Assembly: GCA_951406725.2 (NCBI GenBank)
Contig: OX597822.1
Location: forward strand, 11,284,001 to 11,348,000
Direction: 5' to 3'
Source of the DNA: Octopus vulgaris
Taxonomy: Eukaryota
DNA length: 64,000 nt
The translations under genes were made by a program, and so were the position numbers. The notes below the pieces were generated by a model. The model saw only the letters and a list, made by a program, of their open reading frames with translations, made no database searches and had not been told where the DNA came from. Within the stretch, counting starts at the first letter, position 1, and every line of letters starts with the position of its first letter. Shown piece after piece: positions 55,420 through 64,000 of this stretch.

Positions 55420-55730
55420 ATTCTGTTATTTGCTTCAGGCATTTAACTGCAGCCATGCTGGAGCACAGCTTTAAAGGACATTAGTCGAAGAAATCGACCC
55501 CAGGACTTATTCTATCGGCCACTTTTGCCGAACTGCTAAGTTACAGGAATGTAAACACACCAGCATTGGTTGTCAAGCGATGGTGGGGGAGGGACAAACA
55601 GAGACACACACGCATATACACATGTATATATACGACGGGCTTCTTTTAGTTTCCGTCTACCAAATCCACTCACAAGGCTATAGTAGAAGACACTTGCCAA
55701 AGGTGCCATGCAGTGAGACTGAACCCGGAA
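55420..55730 (-). mobile_element. SINE family A
   Basis: rc similarity to 46813-47214. Confidence 0.8.
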
Positions 55731-55759
55731 TCACTGCTACGGGAAAAGAAACCAATAAA

Positions 55760-55813
<54 letters not shown>

Positions 55814-57293
55814 ATATATATATATACATATATATATGTATGTATGTATGTATGTATATATGTATATATATATGTATGTGTTTGTGTGTGTGTGTGTGCG
55901 AATGTGTATAAGTGGACTGTTTACTGCTACGGGAAAAGAAACGAATAAAATATGTACTAGGTACTATTCATTCGACTAAAACCTCTTCAAAGCTGTGCCC
56001 CAGCATGGCCGCAATCTAATAACTGAAACAAGTAAAATATTAAAGATATTTTGCAAACACATGCAAATGGTGATTTAGAAAAGGTTAAATACAGTTAAAA
56101 GAAACAACGGTGAGACAAGCCCCTTTTCTCTCCACAATGTAATGGAAGTCGACCCTCAAATATTTTGAAAGGCATTTTTAGTAAAACTGGAATAAGAAAT
56201 TTTCGTAACGTAATGCAGCAGGGAAATTATTTTCTAAGCCGGAGCTCTGTAAACGCGTGCGTTCACATAAACATTCATAGCTAATAATAATCCTTGCAAA
56301 CAAGAAAAAAATACGATAACGAAGGAGAAAAAGGGAAAAAAATATGATGACGAAAGGAGAAGAAGAAAAATGAGGTGGAGGGAGGGGAAAAAAAGAAGAC
56401 TTTTAATTCAATTTCGTGATATTCCGGTCGATCAATTTGTTGTTATATTTCCTCGCTGAAATTGGTATCATCGTGATATTTAACAGCATCTTACCCCAGC
56501 GAATCAAGATTAAGGTGTATTAACCAATCCCCTTTTGCCAAGAATATTTTATGAGTAAACTTTATTTATTTTTAATCCTTCATTTAGATTCATTCATGCA
56601 CAACTTATTCGATTAATTCGATTATATATTTTTTTTTCCTTTAAAGGTCTTTTTACACATGCATTTACTTCGCAGAAAGCAGAAAATTGAAAGCAGAAAA
56701 AAATAAAACAGAATCAGAAAACGATTCGACACAAACACCAAAAAAAAAAAAATTCGAATAATCTTGAAGAAAAAAGCATAAACAACATCAACGGAAGAAG
56801 AAACAAGGAAGGCTTCTTATCGCTAGTCACGGGAAAAGAAAAGATAATTCAAATGACGGGAAAAAGAAAAAAAAAGACGCCATTTTGCCTTCCGCTTAAC
56901 ACGTTTGGAAAATTGTTTTTATATATATATCGAGTAATATTTGGCAATTTAGCAAGTGCTTATTGATGAATTTGCCGCACACCTGTGATTTACTTCATTG
57001 CAATATGTATTAATATGGACCTTCTTGAAAGCAGAAGTGGTAGGAATACAAGCCTTTGGAATTGAAATTTTATAGCATTTCTTATCAATCTGCATCCCTT
57101 TTAGCATTTTACATATACACGTGTTTTTCCATGTAATTATTAGAATTCTTCATATAGAAAAAAAAGAGCTCTTTTCTAATAGAGAAAGAAAAGCCCGTTT
57201 CTGGAATTTGGATAATTATGACTGCGTTGAATGAAATTTGAGCTGAATTTTAGAAAAAGTCTTTGTATAAATTTACTGCTCCGTTTAAATATC

Positions 57294-57892
<599 letters not shown>

Positions 57893-57899
57893 TGCTTGG

Positions 57900-58330
57900 C
57901 TTGCCTATCATCCATCGCCTGTCCCGTTGAATCAAGAATCGTGACCTGGTTGAGATACTGTAAACTTCAGATATATGTAATAAAGCTGCAGGTTTTGATT
58001 GTTTTCCCCCCATCAAACCAGTATTTTCCTTCTCGGCCAGAAAATTCCTCAGTGTTATTTGGAAAGCAGCTTCATAAATACACCCAGCCTAGAATATTTC
58101 TCTTAAATATACGTCAAAGACTTCTGCATAACCTCGATACCTTGCAGCGATATCTAATTATTAATTCTCTTGGTATCCATTTTGATATTCCCCTCGCTGC
58201 CTGCATATTATGCAAATGTTCCCCAGCATTGTAGAAGTTTCCAAAGTTAATTCCGTCGTAAGCTTTGCTGCTGTTATTTACGCAGTGTTCTTCTTGAGCG
58301 TTTTTAATGCGTTAATTAATTCATATTAAA
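57900..58330 (-). mobile_element. Possible degenerate RTE-type RT fragment
   Basis: ELINALKTLKKN...DGI...AGEHL weakly resembles an RT N-terminus; heavily decayed. Confidence 0.3.
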
Positions 58331-58689
58331 ATCCTTCATTTTGTTTGTTCTTTCATGTCCAATATTCGACAATAATAATTGGAGATCCTTCCGAAAAGGA
58401 ATTCTCTCGAGGGAGAAACAGTTTTTCATAATCATTTGGTAAAAAGCTATTGCAGCTGCATGGTCTTCGGTTCAATACCTTGAACAATTGTCTTCTGCTG
58501 TAACCCCGGGCCCACCAATGCCTTTGGAATATTTGGTTGCCGTAAATTGTATTCAAGCGTATAGCTCGCACACACACACACACACATACACACTCACAGA
58601 TACACACACACATACAGACACACATATACCAATATAAGTGACTGGCAGTGCTATGTATATCTATATATATATATATATTTAATAATGAT

Positions 58690-58895
58690 TTCAAATTTTG
58701 GCACAAGGCCAGCAATTTCCCGGAAGGAGGGAAGTCGATTACATCGACACCAGTGTCAAACTGACAGTTATTTCATTGATCCCAAAGAGAATGAAAAGCA
58801 AAGTTGATCTCGGCGGAATTTGAATGCAGAACGTAAAGACGAACGAAATGCCACTAAGCATTTTACCTGGAATGCCAAAGATTTTGCTTTCTCGC
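58690..58895 (-). mobile_element. SINE family D
   Basis: rc of 11560-11725 / 45123-45290. Confidence 0.75.
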
Positions 58896-58946
58896 CGCCT
58901 TAATATTTTGGGTTTTCCCAGAAATAATGCGCTTTTCTTATATTTG

Positions 58947-59946
58947 TTTCCCATTCAAACTGCCCCAGCCTTTGGAATGTCATCCACCCTGTATGTGGCC
59001 GAGCATTATCCTGATGGAAGAACACTTTTTTGTCTTGAAACCAAAGATGGTCGGTTCTCTTTTAGCTCTGACTTAAAGCGCTCAAGCTGTACGCAGTAGA
59101 TCTCCTTTGTTATCGCTTGGTTTTGGTTTAAAAGTTCAAAGTGAACTAAGCCTTTCATATCCCACCAAACAGATAACCTTATGTGGGTGAAGACCTTTAG
59201 TCTGGGATGCCAGTGTTTCTCGGCGCTTGACATTTTTATAGCGAACTCATTTCTCATCACTAGTCACTATTCGGTCCAAAAACGGTTCATTCGTGAGACG
59301 TGACAGCAAAGAAGAGCACACATTACTCTCTGCACGCGATTAGACATGGAAAGTTTTTGAGGAACCCATTGGTCTAATTTGCTGACTTTTCCGATAGCAC
59401 GCACGATGAGCAAATCCGAGCTTCTCTGCTAGCTTCTCAACTGTAACAATGGGATTTTGTTCCACTAGGGTTTGCTGGACGTCTTTCTCGAGCTCTATAG
59501 ATCTTCCAGGACGAGGCTGTAGTTTCTGGCTCGGAATTTCTAGAACCACTGTCGACATTAGCTTATGCTTCCAGGACGAGGCTCGTCTTCTAGTCTGTAG
59601 TTTCCAGCTCGGAATTTCTGAAACCACTGTTGACACTGTCTAACGCTTATTGTCCGATCCACAAATACTGCATTAATATTCCTCACATTTTCCGTTGCGT
59701 TGTTGCCTTTATTGAACTCATAAAGCAAAATATGCCGAATATGCTCTTTTGTCAATTCCATTATAGCTTTGAAAAAAAATAACTGTTAAAATTGAACTGC
59801 ACTCGTCAAAACTTCCACTAATAATAAGTACAAGGTAAAATTACTACCTGCTTTTATAGCAAGTTGATGCAAATGGCTTATCCTGTTCCCCTCTGACTTT
59901 TAGTTCATGCAATTGAAAAAATGTTGTTAATTATGGGATGACCCAA
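58947..59946 (-). mobile_element. Mariner transposon relic with internal ~60-bp tandem duplication
   Basis: TIR rc TTGGGTCATCCCATAA (related to 19171); MELTKEHIRHILLYEF..., WWDMKGLVHFELL, FHQDNARPHT. Confidence 0.88.
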
Positions 59947-60116
59947 TATATACACGCATACATACTTCATACATTCATCCATATATACATACACATGCAT
60001 ACATATATATACATATATTTATTTATATATAAAAAATTACTTTACTCTGCTATGTATTGAGTACCTTATTTACTGTGGTTAACCCCGACTCAACCCGGGA
60101 CCTACATATATATATA

Positions 60117-60489
60117 TGGATGGATGGAAGCACTCCGTCGGTTCTGACGATGAGGGTTCCGGTTGATCCGAATCAACGGAACAGCCTTCTCGTGAAATTA
60201 ACGTGTAAGTGGCTGAGCACTTCACAGACACGTGTACCCTTAACGTAGTTCTCGGGGATATTCAGCGTGAAACACAGAGGTGACAAGGCCGGCCCTTTGA
60301 AATACAGGTACAACAGAAACAGGAAGTAAGAGTGAGAGAAAGTTGTGGTGAAAGAGTACAGCAGGGATCACCACCATCCCCTGCCGGAGCCTCGTGGAAC
60401 TTTTAGGTGTTTTCGCTCAATAAACACTGACAACGCCCGGTCTGGGAATCGAAACCGCTGCCCTAACCACTGGGCCATTGCGCCTCCAC
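60117..60489 (-). mobile_element. tRNA-derived SINE family C (OR-like), near full length
   Basis: rc head TGGAGGCGCAATGGCCCAGTGGTTAGGGCAGCGG; 3' end ...CCGACGGAGTGCTTCCATCCATCC. Confidence 0.85.
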
Positions 60490-60752
60490 ATATATATATA
60501 TATATTTGCTATTGTGCTAAACTGCCCTATACCCAAATGTGGCCAAATGCATTTTGATATTTATTTTTACTTGCAATACCCGGTTCTTTTGGTCGAACAA
60601 TCATATCTCCAACTGCTTCAGACGCAAATATATCAAAAATTATCAAAAGTGTAGTGCAACGGTTTTGCTATGGAATGGTGAAAGTATTTCTTCGTTTTCT
60701 GAAAAAAACAACGGTTTGGACTTACGACCCTTTCGCATAATAACAACGATAT

Positions 60753-60833
<81 letters not shown>

Positions 60834-60949
60834 TGCATGTGTGTGTATGTGCGTGTTGGTTTGATTTTGTTCCCGTAAACTGGTCATTAGGGATGATTCC
60901 TGCAATTTTCTACAAAGCATTTTCTTTTTCCACTCCAGGTCTTCAATTC

Positions 60950-61450
60950 ATGTTTTGAAGCTGCGGATTTCTCACCAACGGTGTAGAATCCCTGTATATT
61001 TTGGCAAATCTCTGTATCGGTCATACCTTGTCTCCCGTCAATTCTATTTCACCTATACACCACATGACGGTATTTAATGTGAAATTTTGTATCGAAGTTG
61101 TTGACATCTTCGCTTAAATGGGCTTCCAACTTTGAGATATTTCATTACAACGATGCCAGAACCTATCTGTTCGGTGGAATTTGTTCTATAACCAAATATC
61201 GATTGACTGGAAGGTGTTATATATCTTCATATAGCCTCTAGCGATATCATCAATAACGTTTAACATGGGAATAATGTTTTTCGTCTACCGTCGTCGAAAA
61301 TGGTCTGTTGTCTAATGATATCTCGGAGAAATTGGAAAAAATTTCTTCCTGAAGTGTGGCTTGAAATTGTTTTTAAGCTGTATATAAATTCTACTGACAT
61401 CTCTGTCCGATCACTTTCATACCAAGATATATGGGACCTACGTGACAGTT
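60950..61450 (-). pseudogene. Penelope-like RT N-terminal relic
   Basis: rc peptides (read through frameshifts) TD.GSGIVVM (~61150-61172) and LPKIYRDSTPL (~60975-61008), resembling DKGSG.VV and LPKIHK..PLRPI. Confidence 0.5.
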
Positions 61451-62334
61451 ATGGTATCGGCAGCGACGGCGATGTTTTGTTTACGTGTTTACAGCTCTCT
61501 CCTATGCTAGCTTTTTGCTGTCTTCTAAAAATCAACTATAAATCAACTTTGTTTACATTTTTATCGCTCTCTGCTATAACATTTGCCGTCTGCAGAAAAT
61601 CAACAAACATTACAGGAGTCGGAATAACAACTGTTGTCTGCGACAGTTATTTTTGGCCAACAGAAGATATCCGTTTTCGAAGCTACTTATCTGTGTAACT
61701 GTTTATTTTTGGGTAGACGTTGTCCCAGGAAGGCTTTTAATTTCTATATTGTAATAGAAGTATTTTAACTGCATTTTTGCTTTAAATGGAAAGCCAAACA
61801 AAATAAAAAAGAGTCTTTAGTCCGTCTTAGAGAGTTAAAGAGTTTGGTTATACTGTTGGTGACACTTTTAGTTTTGTTACTAACAACTTCGGCCAAGATC
61901 GTAAAATCGAATTTCCACGAGGCGAAAAGTATTTTACGTATTTTTTACTGAATACCTTTAAGTTATTGATTAAATAAAGCTATTGTATTTATAATCATCC
62001 TCCCCTAAAAAAAACCCTGTTTCTCATTTTGGTGTAGAGATGACTAGATGGTTTAGAAGCTAGTTTGCAGTCACGTGGTTTTGATCTCATTGCGCCGTAT
62101 TATGAGCATGGGTCTACTACTAAAGCCCTGACCGAGCAATGCCTAGTGAGTGGATTTGCTCGACAAAAATTGCGTAGAAGACCATCATCAGATATATATA
62201 TATATATATATATGTATGTTTGTGTGTGTGTCTGTGTGAGTGAGTGTGTGTGGTGTGTGTGTGTGTAGGAGTGTTACAGCTCAGTAACAGAACTAAAACA
62301 ACCTCCCTTGAAGACCCAGTGATATTCAATCAAG

Positions 62335-62840
62335 CCTTATGCATAGGACTCACTGAAACACACTTATAACCCGACATCGCAGATGTGGTACCGCGAAGCA
62401 ACAGAAAAGGCAGGAGCCATGATGGAGTTGCAATGTACATCAGTCTGTCGCACGCAAACTCAGTGTTAGGCACACTAATTCTACATAGAAGACAAATCTA
62501 CACAGTTATATTTACTGCATATCATCCATAAGATATCCCAAATCACACAAGTCTATTCGAAGACTGTCTTGCAAGAATAAAAGGGGTCTTAACCAAAATA
62601 GAAGAACGCATCAGTATACTTTTCATGAGAGACTTCAACCTGCTCAAGGTGAAATGGCCTGAAGTTCCTTTCTTCTTAGGAATGATGCAATGTGAGCTAA
62701 GTCAGATGGAATCCCTGCTCAACATCATCGACAATTTATATATGATGCGAATAACACTCCAATCAACCAGGGAAAGCAATCTACTTGATCTCTGCATCAC
62801 AAACAATGTGGATCTCATCCGTAATGTTATTCAAGATTGA
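62335..62840 (+). pseudogene. CR1-group LINE APE endonuclease relic
   Basis: CIGLTETHL, DGVAMYI, MRDFNL..VKW, TRESNLLDLCITNN. Confidence 0.8.
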
Positions 62841-63019
62841 GAACTTTATTTTAAATCTGATTTAAAAAAGGGTTTTCTATCCTCAAATTTTGAAACTTAT
62901 AACAAGACTTCTTATTCCATAGCAAGTGTTTCTGCCGAATCGTTTCGCTGCCTTCTTTTTTGAATTATGGTGTTTCAATGGCTTCTGTTAGACTCTCAAA
63001 TCATTTATGCTTTATTTTG

Positions 63020-63370
63020 CACGTGTTTCAGTCATTGGATTGCGGTCATGCTGTGGCACGGCCTTCATGAGTTTAGTCGAAGAAATCAATCCCAATACTG
63101 ATGTTTTTTTAAAAAATCTGGTACTTTTTCTGTCGGCTTCTTTCAGCAAACCGCTAAGTTATCTGGACATAAACAAATCAAAACCAGTTCTCAAGCGGTG
63201 ATGAGAGACAAATACAAATACGATGGGCTTCTACGCAGTTTCTCTCTCTTTAATTCACTTACATGACACTAATTGGCCCGGGGTTGTTGTGAAAATATCA
63301 CTTGCCTAACGCACCGCGCTATGGGACTGAACCCCAAACCACATGGTTGAAAAGCGAGTTTCTTAACCGT
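63020..63370 (-). mobile_element. Diverged SINE family A
   Basis: GTTTCAGTCATT..., GGGACTGAACCC. Confidence 0.7.
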
Positions 63371-64000
63371 GAAGTCGTTCTTGCATCTACTCCACAGCCA
63401 TACCTGCGCCTATATATTTTTTTGCGTTTACTCCATCCCAGTTCTGATAGTTTTTCTCTACTGCTTCCGGTCAGTCCTTGTTCGTTATTTTTTACGCTGA
63501 ATCTTAACTATCTCATTTGAAGCTTTCAGCATTTTCGTTATTTGGTAGGCCACAGTTGATTGTTACGTTGAAGATGATTGTCTTGGTGGTGGTGTTGATG
63601 GTGTTGAGGGAATTATCAGCGTTTTTCATTCAAATATTTCCCAATTTGTTGTATCCGCGTTATTGTCAAACCGCCATTTTCTTTTAGCATTGCACAGATT
63701 TGTTTTTTTCCTTTATTTTCCTTTCGTCTCAACTGATAATAAGTATTTCGACATAATCTATTATCTTCGAAATGGTTTTGTTTTTCTAGCTGCCGCTGTT
63801 TTCGTTTGCCTTTATGGATATCCAAACTGATAATTTTGTTGAGTTGGATTTACATCTATCTATTTTCGTGATATCCTCATGATAATTTTTGATCTTTCCA
63901 ACAATACAACAACATAAACAAGCACAAAAAAGTATTTATCTATTAGACACTTAGTTGGTTCCTTAGTTGTTTAATCTTCTCAATCAATGTCAACTTAAGC

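Overview
AT-rich, microsatellite-dense eukaryotic intergenic or intronic DNA. The repeat repertoire is typical of an Octopus (coleoid cephalopod) genome, inferred from my recognition of the SINE families. No host protein-coding gene is supported; nearly all listed ORFs are microsatellite or SINE translations. The window holds four tRNA-derived SINE families, Tc1/mariner relics (mariner-type, DD37D and DD41D), non-autonomous Helitrons, CR1/RTE LINE relics, Penelope-like (PLE) GIY-YIG and RT relics, and a 2.06-kb ORF1-only (HAL1-like) retroelement with a 15-bp TSD. The most striking hidden signal is a dense population of about 15 minimal type-I hammerhead ribozyme (HHR) motifs. They occur in short non-coding elements inserted in (TA)n tracts, often as tail-out inverted pairs or a terminally redundant monomer, and in a recurrent chimeric SINE (tRNA head + (AAT)n + HHR tail). 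The catalytic 3-8 base pair co-varies across copies (C-G, G-C, U-A), and helix III loops are palindromic, as expected for dimer-cleaving PLE ribozymes. All structures were read by eye and need computational and biochemical confirmation.
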